Origin: Nitrospirota bacterium
Lineage (GTDB): Bacteria > Nitrospirota > Nitrospiria > Nitrospirales > Nitrospiraceae
Assembly (NCBI GenBank): GCA_963703955.1
Contig: CAVPGK010000006.1
Coordinates: 1-64,000, forward strand
Length of the DNA stretch: 64,000 bases
Reading direction: 5' to 3'
The position numbers and the translations under genes are program-made. Positions 39,744 through 50,868 of the stretch are shown piece by piece. Each line of letters begins with the position of its first letter. Within the stretch, counting starts at the first letter, position 1. Under the pieces are notes generated by a model. The model ran no database searches, was not told the DNA's origin, and worked only from the letters and a program-made list of their open reading frames with translations.

Positions 39744-40740
39744 TTAGCAGAGCCTAAGAGTGGCTGACAAGACGAAGATCTCGCTGAAATGATTTGGAAT
39801 GAGAACGGCTCGGGGACACCGTTTTTGGGGGGGGAAGATTAGATCGAATTCCTGAAACGCAAACCCGTCGTGAGAATCCAGAACTTTCATTCTAACCCGA
39901 TGAGCACCCTTAGTACCCGCAGAAACTGACCATTCGAGTCGACCGGTAGTTTTGTCTAGCTTCATTCCTAGTGGGCCTGTTTCAAGCGAATAAATCAACG
40001 GATCTCCATCGGGATCAATTGCTGTCACAGGATACTCAAAGCGTCCTCTAGAAATAGCCGATGGAGGTACCGATGTGATTCTCGGGGGGCTATTGGCGAT
40101 CATCACCGGCTCGGCAAACATAGCCTTTCCTTTGCCGCCCACCCTATCATGCGGAATCACTTGCACCGTGATGATATCACCTCTTGCGAAGTCGGTCGTA
40201 TCCAGCGTGCTCTCTTCGCCTTCTGAAATTTCTTTGTTGTTCCGATACCATCGGAATCTATACTCGATAGGATCCTCGTCGGCATCTGATCCCTCTGCTT
40301 TGGCTTGTATTCGGTCCGCTATCAGAGCGTCGCGAGGTTCAAGAACAACGCTCGTTAGTTCTGGAAGAGCGTTTCCTATGACAACTTCTTTGGTACGATA
40401 CGGAACACCTTGAATTTTCCCATCATGGGGAATCACCTCGACGGCCAGCTTGTCACTACGCTTGAGCATCTCAAGTGTGAGAGTGCCGCCCTCTCTTCCA
40501 ACGATGGGACTCCCGTTCGCCAGCCACTTGTAGTGAAATGAAAGAGGATCTCCATCAAAATCTTGTGCGTCGATCTGCACAGTGACGGGCTTATTGAGGG
40601 TGGGCACATTGGGCGAAATGCTCGCAGATCGAATGACCGGAGGACGATTAGGTTGTCGCTGAGTCGCTTCATCTGCTGGAGCAGATGCTAGTGTACACCC
40701 AACGAGAATCGTTGATGCAAGGAACGCCAAGCAAGAGATA
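39744..40740 (-). CDS. Ig-like (cadherin/putative Ig) domain lipoprotein
   Basis: Lipobox LVGC and three repeats of NxxP...DxDGDP...Y.W. Start and 3' end uncertain (G8 run at 39827-39834). Confidence 0.7.
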
Positions 40741-40845
40741 CACCTAGGCGTCTCGATGGTTACTGGTTCAGTACTTATATTGGGGAAATGAGGGGCGTAA
40801 GTGAGCCGATTTCGATTTTTACGCCCCCCACAAACCGTCAGCATC

Positions 40846-43800
40846 TTAGCTCCGCAGGTTGATCCAGGAGATGTACCTGCTCCTAGCTCCACCCGCATTC
40901 GTACAATAAGAGTTTAGTGTGCCGGTACTGGACTGAATGAAGCCTGTCATGCCCTTCTGACACCCACCACCGGCTCCAGCGGTGCCACCACCACCACTTC
41001 CCTGACTCCCAAGGTGAACAGCAACCTGAGACGCCACGCCCGATCCAGTGCCGAGCGAAATGCTCTTATTGACATTGGTGTTACCGCCAGACGTCGTTGT
41101 GCCAACGACAGGGTCCTTGGGCGCGCTTCCAGTCAGGTAGAAGAGGCTGTAGAGATAACCATCACCTGACGACTTACAGATATCATTGACCGGTACAAAG
41201 CTCGTGAAGAGGACGACCCCACCGATGAGTGTTGGACTCACGACTACCCGTTCTCCTGTAATGGACAACCTCGTGAACCACCCTTCCTTGCTTTGAACTT
41301 TCCCTTGAAGTGAAGTCGTGCTCGTTCCCAGCAAGTCAGTAACACCCGGTACCCCCGTGACCTGGTTACCGCTACAGATGGTGCAAACCTGTGCACTGGA
41401 GACATCGACAAGATCATCTTCCATGCAGCTCGTAACGCTGGTCTGAGAACAAGTTTGATTCATCACTGAGTCTTTGAGCCCAAAGAAGTATTGCGTCTCA
41501 GTGTTTGTCTTATCGTCCCCACCATAATAGCGGCCTGTGCCGAAGAACACCCACATCTTATTGTTATCGTCCAGAGTGACAGTTGGAGCCGCGGTTATCG
41601 GTCCAACCTCCGTGCTGCCATTAAAGGTGTCGATCATCTCGGTGGGAACCCTGTTGGCACCAGAAGCTACCCCCCATGTTGAGGTTGTACAAGGGGCGCT
41701 ACTACAGGTCCCCATAGTTAAGCGGTACATTTTCCCTCGCCACGGAAGGACACCATCGTGGATCACCCTTCCGACGTATGCCACGTCCCCGCGATAATCA
41801 ATATCCTTGTCCACGCCAACTAGATCACCCATGAACGAATTCCAGCTTCCACTAGGCATGGTCGTAACCTGGCCGTTGGCTGCGCCCGGACCAGTTTTCA
41901 AGTCGACGGCGTAGATGTTGGCTGATTGTGCGAGGCCAGTCACATTGTCTTTGATTTCATAACTGGTCGGACCTGAACCAAACAGAACAAACCATTTTGC
42001 ATTTGTATTGTCAGTCTTTCCATCACTAGATGGACTCACACGCGTTACGCTCGGATAGCTAGTGGTCAATCCTTGACCAGCATCGCTGAATACCCAGAGC
42101 AATTTTGGATCCACTTCTGGATTTGTCACATCCAGTACAAAGTAGGCGCTGTAGAAGAAGCGAGTCTGGACTCCACTACCGAAATTCGCCGTGACGCTTA
42201 ATGGCGGCGCTCCCGCGGTAGGGCTGCAATTTCCACAACTCCCTCCCATCCGTAATCCGACAATCAAAACCGTCCCCCATCCATTGGGGTGATCGGTATC
42301 CGGTGTGAAAATACGAACATCAGTAGCCTTTGGTTTCAGGTCCACATAGTACACATGCTGATAGTTGGTGCTGGCCAACCACTGGAGCTGCGGAAGGACC
42401 TGATACGGTACGAACCCCCACAGTTCTTCGCCCAAGCCGGGGGTATTGGAGACAAGTGGAGGAGAAACCTGTTGGGTCGAAAACCAACCATGTTCCGTCA
42501 CACCAGACGTCGAAGCATCATCCCCCCGATTATAAAACCCGGCATTGAAAGCATGGAGCATTCCGTCATTGGCCCCCACGTAGGCCACATGCCTGCGGTT
42601 CCTGTATTTTAGGAAGAAGTCGGTATAGCTGCTGTCTCCATAGATGACGTCGTAGCGTTCTTTTGGAGCCGGCACGATTGTCGCCGTGGAGTGAATGATA
42701 TCTCCCAGCTTCCATACCTTGAGTGAACCGGACACCGTCAACTGGCGATCTCGAAGACCCGTGACTTGCTCTCCTCTGATGAAATTAACAATGTTGGCAG
42801 ACGTATAAGGGGATGCCCCTGCTCTGAGATATGGCGCGAGAACGGCAGAGTTGTCTGGGCTTGAGGCCTTAAATTCAATCTGCTCTCCACTGCCCACTAA
42901 GCCATTGTTATCGGTATCCACCCACGTCAGGATCTTGCGGGTACTCGCGTCTCTCAGTGCCAGTTGCTTTCCTGCCTCCCAAATAGGACGGATATCGCTG
43001 AGCTGCTTGTCGCAGTCTACGCAAACGGCCTTATCAGGAGTGCCATCGCCGTTTGTGTCCAGTGTCAGATCAGCTTTTCCATCCCCGTCACTATCCAGGT
43101 ACTTATCCACCTTCGTTTGGCCGGCGGCGGAGTCATATCGAGTGATGACTATCTTATCGGTCTTATAATTCAGTCTGCCGTCTCCATCGGTGTCTTCTCT
43201 TGTATTGCCGAACGTGTCCACGAAGAGTCCGTGCGTGTAACCTGTCCACTTCACATCGTTATTGGTGGCGAGCTCAATCGTGCTGGGATAGAAATAGGAT
43301 TGATACAAAGCACCCTCTCCATTGGATGAGGTGGCCAGCACCGACACCGAAGTCCCTGATGAACTCTTCCGGAGAATACTGCTGATCGTGGCCAGCATCT
43401 TGTCTTGAAGATCATCGACGTTGGATGATTCAAAATACGCGTCCGGAACTCCGTCCGGGGTTGGCGCCCCCGTCGCATTGTTCTCCTTATCATACTCGGC
43501 CGCCTGATCCGGAATATTATTTCCATTCGTATCATCAAACGACCCTTGCTTCGCCGTCTGCATCAAAACTTCTCGACCCGCCATGTTCCCGAACGCAAAG
43601 AAGCTATACACTGTCACGTTCTGCATCCCCGGTAGATCGTGACCTGCCACGTTGATTACCGGAACGGTACCTTGCCGTAGGTCAGTCGTATGCCCCCAGT
43701 AGGCCACGTCGTCCAAATAGTGGCTACCGCTTGAGGCATAATCGGTCTTGTGCTCCCCAGGCTGAGTTGCAACGCCAGGGTTTCCAATCAGAATAGTGGC

Positions 43801-45315
43801 CGGGGTTGCAGAGTTTGTATTGCAGGTCCCGTTCGGGTTGTGGATGGTCCCGCTGCCACCCGTGCAATGGAGTCCATGGATAGCAGACGGGACACCGCCG
43901 GCATGTGCCGGAAGACCTGGTTGGTCCTGCAAACTAGAAGGAACGCCTTGATCCTGGGTTGGCTCTCCATCTGTGAAAATCATGATGAACGTCTTACAGC
44001 AGGTGACCAGTTTCGAGGGATTCGACCATGCCGGCGAGTGATTGCTTCCGTAAAAATACGGGTCTCTCCCGCAGGCGCTGGCAATGTACCCGGCTGGGCA
44101 CGTCTCTGAGCCGGTGAGCGCACTGATCTCATTGGAGCCCACCGACCCTATTCCGTTCCCTTGAAAGGCCACCCCGTTCGAACTGCCTCCGGAGAAGGCG
44201 ATGGGATAGACATAACTGGTATTTTGAGGTGCGAATGCTGAATTCACTTGAGCGACGTACCGGATCGCGTCGTAAAGCGACTCAGAGAGCGGGGTCCAGG
44301 TTGAGGGGAACGACTCTCCGATCGCATCGAGCATTGCCGCCGTATTGGTGTTAAAGGTCTCAACGGTGGAGCCACTGAAGTCGATAGACTGGCGAGAACC
44401 GATACCAGTCAGCATTCGTCCACCGTTACCAGCTCCCTTAAATTCCAGCAATCCGAATCTGGCTTTACCTCCAATCTGTTGGATCACGCCGGTCGGCTCA
44501 CTACTTACAGAAAGACGCAGCGTCCTCTGCGATTCCGAAAACCCGTCACCATCGTTGCAAGATGTGGCCGTTGAACCGGGCTCAGTGGAATCATTATCCA
44601 CGCAGATCGTGCCACCCATCCCATTAGTTCCCCCTCGAAGATGGATCCAGAGGTTTGCCGGATTGCTGCCGGTTCCACCTTGCGCTGTGGTCACAGGGAT
44701 TCGCCCAACGTAACGATTTGAACCAGAGTTAGGAATCGAAGCTGTTGTAAAGTGTCCGTCGCCAGAGCTATCGAAGACAGTTTGAGCCTTGATCGTAATC
44801 ATGCTCGGTGAACCAGAAGCTGGACACGTCCCATCTGCATTACGCGTTACTACGCAATCTCCCCCTGACATGGCCTTCTTGACCGCATCGAACCGCCGGA
44901 ATGTCGCCCAATTGAGAAGGTTTCCGTCCCATTCAGTGCTTCCACAGGCCGCATTGACGGTGGCCGGAGATTTTGTAGCTGCTACGTCGAACCTCGTGCT
45001 CGTGGCATTGTAGGTGTAACACGACAGCGGATCGAACAAGCCACTGTACAAGGAATCGGCAACGAAACTTTGGTTGACCGGCGTTGTCGTGCCATCTGCG
45101 TGGGTTCCGCACCAGGTTGAATCACAGGCAGGGCCGGCCATGCTTCCTGAGTTATCCATAAGAATCAGAATATTCGGGGTCACCACATTGCTAATAAAGG
45201 GGGGCGTACTGCTGTATTGAGCGTTCGACTGCGCTGGAGAATCGCTCGGGTTCATCAGTTGCCCGCAAAGAGCAAGCGTCACGGTGGCGATCGCTATGAT
45301 GATCCGGGTTTTCAT
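40846..45315 (-). CDS. pilY1: Type IV pilus tip adhesin PilY1
   Basis: vWA MIDAS-like DNSGSM and FTDGEP, beta-propeller motifs KLGDIIHS, YVGANDGMLHAF, ELWGFVP, VFFGTGRY, multiple DxDGDG calcium loops. Confidence 0.93.
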   Translation of the reverse strand: MKTRIIIAIATVTLALCGQLMNPSDSPAQSNAQYSSTPPFISNVVTPNILILMDNSGSMAGPACDSTWCGTHADGTTTPVNQSFVADSLYSGLFDPLSCYTYNATSTRFDVAATKSPATVNAACGSTEWDGNLLNWATFRRFDAVKKAMSGGDCVVTRNADGTCPASGSPSMITIKAQTVFDSSGDGHFTTASIPNSGSNRYVGRIPVTTAQGGTGSNPANLWIHLRGGTNGMGGTICVDNDSTEPGSTATSCNDGDGFSESQRTLRLSVSSEPTGVIQQIGGKARFGLLEFKGAGNGGRMLTGIGSRQSIDFSGSTVETFNTNTAAMLDAIGESFPSTWTPLSESLYDAIRYVAQVNSAFAPQNTSYVYPIAFSGGSSNGVAFQGNGIGSVGSNEISALTGSETCPAGYIASACGRDPYFYGSNHSPAWSNPSKLVTCCKTFIMIFTDGEPTQDQGVPSSLQDQPGLPAHAGGVPSAIHGLHCTGGSGTIHNPNGTCNTNSATPATILIGNPGVATQPGEHKTDYASSGSHYLDDVAYWGHTTDLRQGTVPVINVAGHDLPGMQNVTVYSFFAFGNMAGREVLMQTAKQGSFDDTNGNNIPDQAAEYDKENNATGAPTPDGVPDAYFESSNVDDLQDKMLATISSILRKSSSGTSVSVLATSSNGEGALYQSYFYPSTIELATNNDVKWTGYTHGLFVDTFGNTREDTDGDGRLNYKTDKIVITRYDSAAGQTKVDKYLDSDGDGKADLTLDTNGDGTPDKAVCVDCDKQLSDIRPIWEAGKQLALRDASTRKILTWVDTDNNGLVGSGEQIEFKASSPDNSAVLAPYLRAGASPYTSANIVNFIRGEQVTGLRDRQLTVSGSLKVWKLGDIIHSTATIVPAPKERYDVIYGDSSYTDFFLKYRNRRHVAYVGANDGMLHAFNAGFYNRGDDASTSGVTEHGWFSTQQVSPPLVSNTPGLGEELWGFVPYQVLPQLQWLASTNYQHVYYVDLKPKATDVRIFTPDTDHPNGWGTVLIVGLRMGGSCGNCSPTAGAPPLSVTANFGSGVQTRFFYSAYFVLDVTNPEVDPKLLWVFSDAGQGLTTSYPSVTRVSPSSDGKTDNTNAKWFVLFGSGPTSYEIKDNVTGLAQSANIYAVDLKTGPGAANGQVTTMPSGSWNSFMGDLVGVDKDIDYRGDVAYVGRVIHDGVLPWRGKMYRLTMGTCSSAPCTTSTWGVASGANRVPTEMIDTFNGSTEVGPITAAPTVTLDDNNKMWVFFGTGRYYGGDDKTNTETQYFFGLKDSVMNQTCSQTSVTSCMEDDLVDVSSAQVCTICSGNQVTGVPGVTDLLGTSTTSLQGKVQSKEGWFTRLSITGERVVVSPTLIGGVVLFTSFVPVNDICKSSGDGYLYSLFYLTGSAPKDPVVGTTTSGGNTNVNKSISLGTGSGVASQVAVHLGSQGSGGGGTAGAGGGCQKGMTGFIQSSTGTLNSYCTNAGGARSRYISWINLRS

Positions 45316-45379
45316 GGCAGCCTTCCTCCTCATCCTTCTCAACGGCTCTCCATACCTATGACTGTTCAGGTCTTCAGGC

Positions 45380-45760
45380 TCACCTCGGTAGGATCAGCAC
45401 TATCTTGTCGATGCGTTCCTGTTTCAGGTGAAATTTGACTTCTGCATTCTCCACGATGTCATGGGGTTCCATCAGATTACCCCGTTCGTTCTTGATGACA
45501 ACTCCAGGCATGAGCTCGTAGCTTTTATTGTCGATCTCAAGCGTATTCCCTCGGATGCCCGTCACCATTCCAGACAAGAAAGTGCTCGAAGCATCCGAAT
45601 CCGATGTTTGGGCCAGCCCAGACGAGGCCGCATTTCCAAGTAACAACATTCCGACCATAAGCAGAACATGCGCGAACCGAAGCATAGCCATCCGTCGATT
45701 GGGCTTGTTGGTCTGTTCTTCAACCTGATCGTGGATGTATCTTGCCGAACGAAGTAGCAT
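45380..45760 (-). CDS. Small exported pilus-associated protein (PilY2-like)
   Basis: Signal peptide and a short beta-rich domain, located between pilX and pilY1. Confidence 0.55.
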   Translation of the reverse strand: MLLRSARYIHDQVEEQTNKPNRRMAMLRFAHVLLMVGMLLLGNAASSGLAQTSDSDASSTFLSGMVTGIRGNTLEIDNKSYELMPGVVIKNERGNLMEPHDIVENAEVKFHLKQERIDKIVLILPR

Positions 45761-45777
45761 GGCGTCACCCCTCGGAT

Positions 45778-46407
45778 CTATTTCTGACAACTGTCTCCGG
45801 TTGCCGTACAAGCATACACCGCGGCAATTCGGCTGGTTGTCCCAGTCGCCGCGTTGGTCGCTGTGCAATCGACCCGATAGAAAATATCGGCTCCACCACC
45901 TGCTAAGCCACTACCCATTCCGTCATACGCGTTGGCAAACATGATGGCGCCCCCGGCCTTTGTCTTTACGTAGAGACGGTCGATGTCTCCACGAACAGTG
46001 AACCCTCCGATGTTTGCAACCGTATTCGGAGCCGTATTGACATCATCGGCATTGTTGTCTAACTGCCCCATGATTTCTTGATTCAATGTCGGCCCATTCA
46101 ACGACGGCACCGGCCCCGCCGGGCTGGCCGAATCCAGATGAGTGGCTGGCAGTTGGCCCGCATCGATCGTCTGTTGAATAACATTGACGGCAGTCTCCAT
46201 GCAGGACTCAGCCGCTGTGGCCGCCGACTCGCCGGTGCGTCCGAACCCGGCCATTCGGTTCTCAAGTCCTGTTACTGAAATGGCCGCGATCCCGATAATG
46301 GTCATGACAGCCAGGATCATCAAGACGGTCAATAAGGTCACCCCGTGTTGATTTCCGGCGGCACTGTCTCTGAAGTACTGCGTCATAGGATCCTTTGGCA
46401 TGCTCAA
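45778..46407 (-). CDS. pilX: Minor pilin PilX
   Basis: G|VTLLTVLMIL prepilin without Glu5, plus E.RMAG...A..AAES. Confidence 0.85.
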   Translation of the reverse strand: MSMPKDPMTQYFRDSAAGNQHGVTLLTVLMILAVMTIIGIAAISVTGLENRMAGFGRTGESAATAAESCMETAVNVIQQTIDAGQLPATHLDSASPAGPVPSLNGPTLNQEIMGQLDNNADDVNTAPNTVANIGGFTVRGDIDRLYVKTKAGGAIMFANAYDGMGSGLAGGGADIFYRVDCTATNAATGTTSRIAAVYACTATGDSCQK

Positions 46408-47492
46408 AGCCCGATATTCCTGGTCTCTACAGTCCTCGTCAGAACACGCCGGCGGAGCGGCGAAGCGGCTAAATTGTTGTCGCCATCAACATTCATGGCC
46501 ACTGAGTTGTTCACGCCTTGGGATTTGCCTTCTCCAAATCCCAGATCGGCCCTAGTTTGTTGCGCGACGATCGTCACCCGGACCATCCTAATCGAGTCTG
46601 GGCTCATGGGCGGGAACGCCCAATTGGCGTTCGAAACGAAATCTCCCGCCGTAAACCCCCCGATGCCGCCTCCGTCCTGGTCATCAATGATTCGGTCAGC
46701 CACCCCTCCGTTCACAGTTGATACACATCCGTCACAAGCATAAGCTAATTGGAGATCCACGATTCCTTCAGCAATCGGGAGCAGGTTGGGGGCGACGCCG
46801 CGCAGAAGACAGGGGGCGTTCCCTCCACAAGTCGCCGCGTTGGTGTTGACCTGATAGGTGATGCATTGCAATAGAAACACGGGTGTGCCGGCCGGAAAAA
46901 CTGTCGGTGCAGGAACTTGAACCGGTGTGCCCGTAGGTGTCCCAAGCGCGAGCGAACCGGAGGCCGGATTAACAGGCCCTATGACTGCCTGTGACATCGC
47001 GCCACCAATTGATATGGATGAACCTGCCACAAGCCCAGCGGCCACCATATCGTTCAAATCCGAAGGGGAAAGCGAGAGTTGTGTAAATGGTCCTCTCGCC
47101 TCTGCGGTGAGCGTCCATAGCGCCCCGGTCGCACTTGTAAGTGGGACCACTATATTGGCACTATCAGCTCCAGCATCAGCTCCGGCTGGATTGTTATCGA
47201 GCGGCACAATCCCATTGTTGCAGGCTCCTATGGCTCCTGTAACCATACCGCCGTATCCCGCCATTTTGAGGTCATGGGTGATCAACTCCATGGCCACGCG
47301 AGCGTTTTGCTGAGTCTGAGCGGTCAGGTCATTGATATTGGTGGCCTTATCGCTTCCGATGAGCGCGGTCCCCGCAGTCGCAATCAGCACGAGAGAAATG
47401 GACAGACCGATCATGAGTTCAACAAGCGTGACCCCTTGCTGCCCTCGCCACGTCATTCTCAAATGTTCCTGACGGTTACCTTGTTGAGTCAT
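46404..47492 (-). CDS. pilW: Minor pilin PilW
   Basis: QG|VTLVELMI, QQNARVAMELITHDLKMAGY, IAEGIVDLQLAY and RN at the C-terminus. Confidence 0.88.
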   Translation of the reverse strand: MTQQGNRQEHLRMTWRGQQGVTLVELMIGLSISLVLIATAGTALIGSDKATNINDLTAQTQQNARVAMELITHDLKMAGYGGMVTGAIGACNNGIVPLDNNPAGADAGADSANIVVPLTSATGALWTLTAEARGPFTQLSLSPSDLNDMVAAGLVAGSSISIGGAMSQAVIGPVNPASGSLALGTPTGTPVQVPAPTVFPAGTPVFLLQCITYQVNTNAATCGGNAPCLLRGVAPNLLPIAEGIVDLQLAYACDGCVSTVNGGVADRIIDDQDGGGIGGFTAGDFVSNANWAFPPMSPDSIRMVRVTIVAQQTRADLGFGEGKSQGVNNSVAMNVDGDNNLAASPLRRRVLTRTVETRNIGL

Positions 47493-47493
47493 G

Positions 47494-48027
47494 CTATTCA
47501 GGAGCCACAACGGAGGTTAGTCGCAATGCCGTGCCCGTTAGCCTGCTGGTCTCACTGTTCATTGACCGATTCCACGTCACCGTGACAACGACCTGGTTTT
47601 GATTGAGTCCGGCAGGACCCATCGGCGTCACGTTCACCTGCCCTGTAATGCCGGGGATCCCTGATGCAGTCAATCTTGCTTGCCACTGTGCAAAATCACC
47701 AGCCGCCATCGGTTGAGTCACAGGATCCGGGCTCGTTAGAGCATTCGATGTCTGGATCCCCGTTCCGAAGCCCCCTCCCGCGCAGGGGCATCCATTGTAA
47801 GCAAGCACGTTCCGACGATTGAATTGGATACGTTCCATCATATCAGCGGCAAGATTTGTGACCTGGGATAGCTGATTCGCATCGATATTGCGTCCGAGCG
47901 ATATGCTTTGCATTCCAGCCAGAGCCAACAAGCCGACGGCGATAATGGCGAGCGAGAGCATGCTCTCAATCAGCGTGAAGCCCTCTTGATTGCTTAGGGT
48001 AATGGTTCTTGAGCCCAGCGCTTTCAC
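47494..48027 (-). CDS. pilV: Minor pilin PilV
   Basis: EG|FTLIESMLSLAIIAVGLLALAGMQ, LAADMMERI and VTVTW. Confidence 0.88.
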   Translation of the reverse strand: MKALGSRTITLSNQEGFTLIESMLSLAIIAVGLLALAGMQSISLGRNIDANQLSQVTNLAADMMERIQFNRRNVLAYNGCPCAGGGFGTGIQTSNALTSPDPVTQPMAAGDFAQWQARLTASGIPGITGQVNVTPMGPAGLNQNQVVVTVTWNRSMNSETSRLTGTALRLTSVVAPE

Positions 48028-48047
48028 GATGTTTAATTCCTAACCTA

Positions 48048-48497
48048 CTAACAGACGCCGGTCGCATTTGGGCACCAACGGGTTTTCCCTCCAGCAGAGA
48101 TCCCGATGGAATAGGTCTGGCCCGAGTTATTGCTTAACAGAATGGGACCCCCGGCCCCTACCAGCAGTCCCAGGGAATTGAATCGGACAGTTGTTGCCGC
48201 CGTCATGATTCCGATCGGCATGACCAATGGAGGTATCGCCCCGCCAAAGTCCGCCGTCCATTGACTACTGGCCATTGCTAAGGTCATGGTGACCGAACTA
48301 TTTCGATTCATAGCCGCCAACCGCGCCAGGTTTAGACTACCTTGGAGCTCGGTTGTCACTTGCTTGAGTTGAGACCTGGCACTCCACTGCAGGTAATTTG
48401 GAACGGCCATGGCCGCAGCAATCCCCATAATCCCCACAACAATCAGGACTTCTATCAAGGTAAATCCTTTTTCTCTTTGGGATTGTGGAATTTTCAT
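48048..48497 (-). CDS. fimU: FimT/FimU (GspH-like) minor pilin
   Basis: KG|FTLIEVLIV...AVP, LNLARLAAM and VRFNSLG. Confidence 0.85.
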   Translation of the reverse strand: MKIPQSQREKGFTLIEVLIVVGIMGIAAAMAVPNYLQWSARSQLKQVTTELQGSLNLARLAAMNRNSSVTMTLAMASSQWTADFGGAIPPLVMPIGIMTAATTVRFNSLGLLVGAGGPILLSNNSGQTYSIGISAGGKTRWCPNATGVC

Positions 48498-48512
48498 AGC
48501 GGTAGAAAGTGT

Positions 48513-48567
48513 AGCACGCGTTGTGCCGACACCTTTCAGAGGAGGAAGAGTTCCTAACGCATTGATT
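48513..48567 (-). promoter_or_regulatory. sigma54 promoter plus IHF site for the fimU-pilVWX-pilY1 cluster
   Basis: CGGCACAACGCGTGCT (48513-48528) is GG-N10-GC. AATCAATGCGTTA (48555-48567) matches the IHF consensus WATCAANNNNTTR. Confidence 0.65.
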
Positions 48568-48645
48568 TACGTAGGAGTGGGCCTTATGAGGAGTGGTAAG
48601 TCTGCTCTAATTACGTTCGATCAGGACAAATTTCGGCAATCTCCG

Positions 48646-50097
48646 TCAGTACTTCGGTCGCCAAGAGCCAGGGGCTAGGTAGACAAGAGGGACGCCTTGG
48701 AATAATCCACTCTTCAGATCATGGTTGTACCACACTTCAATAGGACCATAAGTTTTTGACAAAGCGAGCACTTTGCCTTCGGTCACCAAGGCTCCATAGA
48801 TACGAGGCTGCCCGTCATACAGAAGTTCGCCAGCGGTATAAAGTACGCCTTGAATATGTATGTTCGAAAGTTCGACGGGGATTCTGGATCCCAGAGAGGC
48901 TATCCCCTCAGTCGGTGGACTCAGGACAGGCACCGGCTTTCCTACCCCTGTCGGCTTTAGGTGCAGATGCGCGTTGACGATGAACAGGCCCTCGGCATAC
49001 TCCGTCGTCAGGGATACAGTCCCCAGATTGTCAGCACGTGGGGGAAGCCGGTCGAGCGTGTCGATGAACACAAGCCCATGATGATCACCAACAAATCGCG
49101 ATCCGAAGACCTCATCGGGGGTCAAACCTAATCCCGGCTGTATCGTGCCGTTTCGATATAACAATCCGTCACGGTCTCGTGCATAGTATGACCCAAAAAC
49201 AATGGCGTTCTTTTTCATGGTCTCATAATCCCAGGAGGTCTCGTGCAAACCGGGATACGGCTCCTGATTGGGATACAAATTTGACGGCAGGACCGAGGAC
49301 GAAGAAGGTGAGGACAGGAACAAAGCATTGCCGCCGACAAAGATCTCCAACCAGCGATCCTCTCGTAGGGACGACTCCGCATAGGACTGACCAGTCACTG
49401 ACGCCATTTGAGTTTTTGTCGGAAAGTCCTCCCTTCTTCCAAATCGAGCATCTCCTTTGATCTTCATCTCTCCCCAATGCATCCAGACCGGGAAAACAGT
49501 TTCGGAGTCTTCTGTGGTATTGCCGTTGTTGCCTACTTGGACGCCCACTCGAAGTGGCGGCACACTCCTGGCGCCAAGTTGTACGGCTAGAGTGCGTGTC
49601 AAATTTCGGGCTTCTGCCGTCACCTCCACTGTACACAGAAGACCTGGACGACTCGGACCGTAGACCTTCAACTTAAGAATGCGACCTAATGAACGAAGTG
49701 ATCGAAACCACCCGCGAACCGGGTCATTGAGGGTCTGATCATCCATTGGCCGAGAGGCGTCATACACAATATCCGGGCTCGTGCTGCTCCCGGTAAATTG
49801 AGAGTTTCCAGTTGAGTCGAAGAAGGACGGACCGTTTTCCGACAGATCAAATCGTTTTGCCAGCAGATCGGCTATCGTTCCCTCTGGGGCCGAACCTGGA
49901 TCATGAAACCATTGGATCACCAAATCTGACCCAGCCTCTGCTAGATGCTCTGCAACAGCCTCGTCTCCGGCCGCCCCAATTTGGACAATTTCATGGGTCG
50001 CTAGATTCAACGACACAGTCCCCAACATCGTAAGAATCACCGTCACAAGGACTGCTCCGAGCAGCGCAGTCCCTCGTTCATTTCTACGTGCTCTCAT
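48646..50097 (-). CDS. Large PilX-like minor pilin (second cluster)
   Basis: RG|TALLGAVLV without Glu5, A.HLAEAG PilX N-terminal motif, extended C-terminal domain ending GSWR. Confidence 0.75.
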   Translation of the reverse strand: MRARRNERGTALLGAVLVTVILTMLGTVSLNLATHEIVQIGAAGDEAVAEHLAEAGSDLVIQWFHDPGSAPEGTIADLLAKRFDLSENGPSFFDSTGNSQFTGSSTSPDIVYDASRPMDDQTLNDPVRGWFRSLRSLGRILKLKVYGPSRPGLLCTVEVTAEARNLTRTLAVQLGARSVPPLRVGVQVGNNGNTTEDSETVFPVWMHWGEMKIKGDARFGRREDFPTKTQMASVTGQSYAESSLREDRWLEIFVGGNALFLSSPSSSSVLPSNLYPNQEPYPGLHETSWDYETMKKNAIVFGSYYARDRDGLLYRNGTIQPGLGLTPDEVFGSRFVGDHHGLVFIDTLDRLPPRADNLGTVSLTTEYAEGLFIVNAHLHLKPTGVGKPVPVLSPPTEGIASLGSRIPVELSNIHIQGVLYTAGELLYDGQPRIYGALVTEGKVLALSKTYGPIEVWYNHDLKSGLFQGVPLVYLAPGSWRPKY

Positions 50098-50116
50098 AAT
50101 CCTGCTTTCTCCTTTC

Positions 50117-50851
50117 TTATTGTGTACGGAGACCCACTTCACTTGTTAGAACTCTATGATTTCTGCCACTGGCAAGCTCCATCTTCACACGAGAAACAAT
50201 CGCTGGGTCCAAGGTTGGTCTTCCATGTCTGTCCGCATAGCTGAGGGAAAAGAAGGCGACGTCGCTCACAACTGGATTGGCTCCCCCATCCACCTGTCGC
50301 ATGAGACTGACTCTTCCGCTACGGCTCTTGGACAAGTAATAGCGAACGCGATTCAAGATCATGACTTCACTTCCGCCCGGAAAAGCTTGCCCCAGTGGAC
50401 TGGCTAAACTCAATGATGTCCGTTGGCCATCCCGAGCCAAATGGTTTTCTACGCAGCGTTCGTTTGAACAAATCAAGACTCGTTTTCCTTTCACCCACCC
50501 GGATCCATCCACGACTGGCAGTTCCGCCACCTCAGGCGACACCGTTCCAGTCAGATTCGTTGTATACCCGCCAATATTGGCATTAAACTCAATTTCCTGT
50601 TGATCGGCACGAAGTACTGCAGGGGTGCGCGACACACCAGATCCCGCCAGTCGCAGTTCTTCCCGCATAACCCCTATACCGATTCGCTGGTCCTGATGCA
50701 GTCCGATCGTGTCATATTGATCCCACATCCGTTGTTGGAAGTGAGTAAGCATCTGGATGGTTGCGGAAAGCACGACCAGGCCTGCTGCTACGGCGATCAT
50801 CAGCTCAACCAGACAGACGCCCGAACTATTTTTCAGCGTTTGGATATTCAT
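50117..50851 (-). CDS. PilW-like minor pilin (second cluster)
   Basis: SG|VCLVELMIA, MREELRLAG and VRYYL. Confidence 0.78.
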   Translation of the reverse strand: MNIQTLKNSSGVCLVELMIAVAAGLVVLSATIQMLTHFQQRMWDQYDTIGLHQDQRIGIGVMREELRLAGSGVSRTPAVLRADQQEIEFNANIGGYTTNLTGTVSPEVAELPVVDGSGWVKGKRVLICSNERCVENHLARDGQRTSLSLASPLGQAFPGGSEVMILNRVRYYLSKSRSGRVSLMRQVDGGANPVVSDVAFFSLSYADRHGRPTLDPAIVSRVKMELASGRNHRVLTSEVGLRTQ

Positions 50852-50868
50852 GCAAGATCTCATTGCAG

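Noticed and set aside
39827..39834. Phase-variable G8 tract in the Ig-domain gene
   Set aside because: It lies at the extreme 3' end after the last domain, so slippage would change only the tail. It may also be a homopolymer error.
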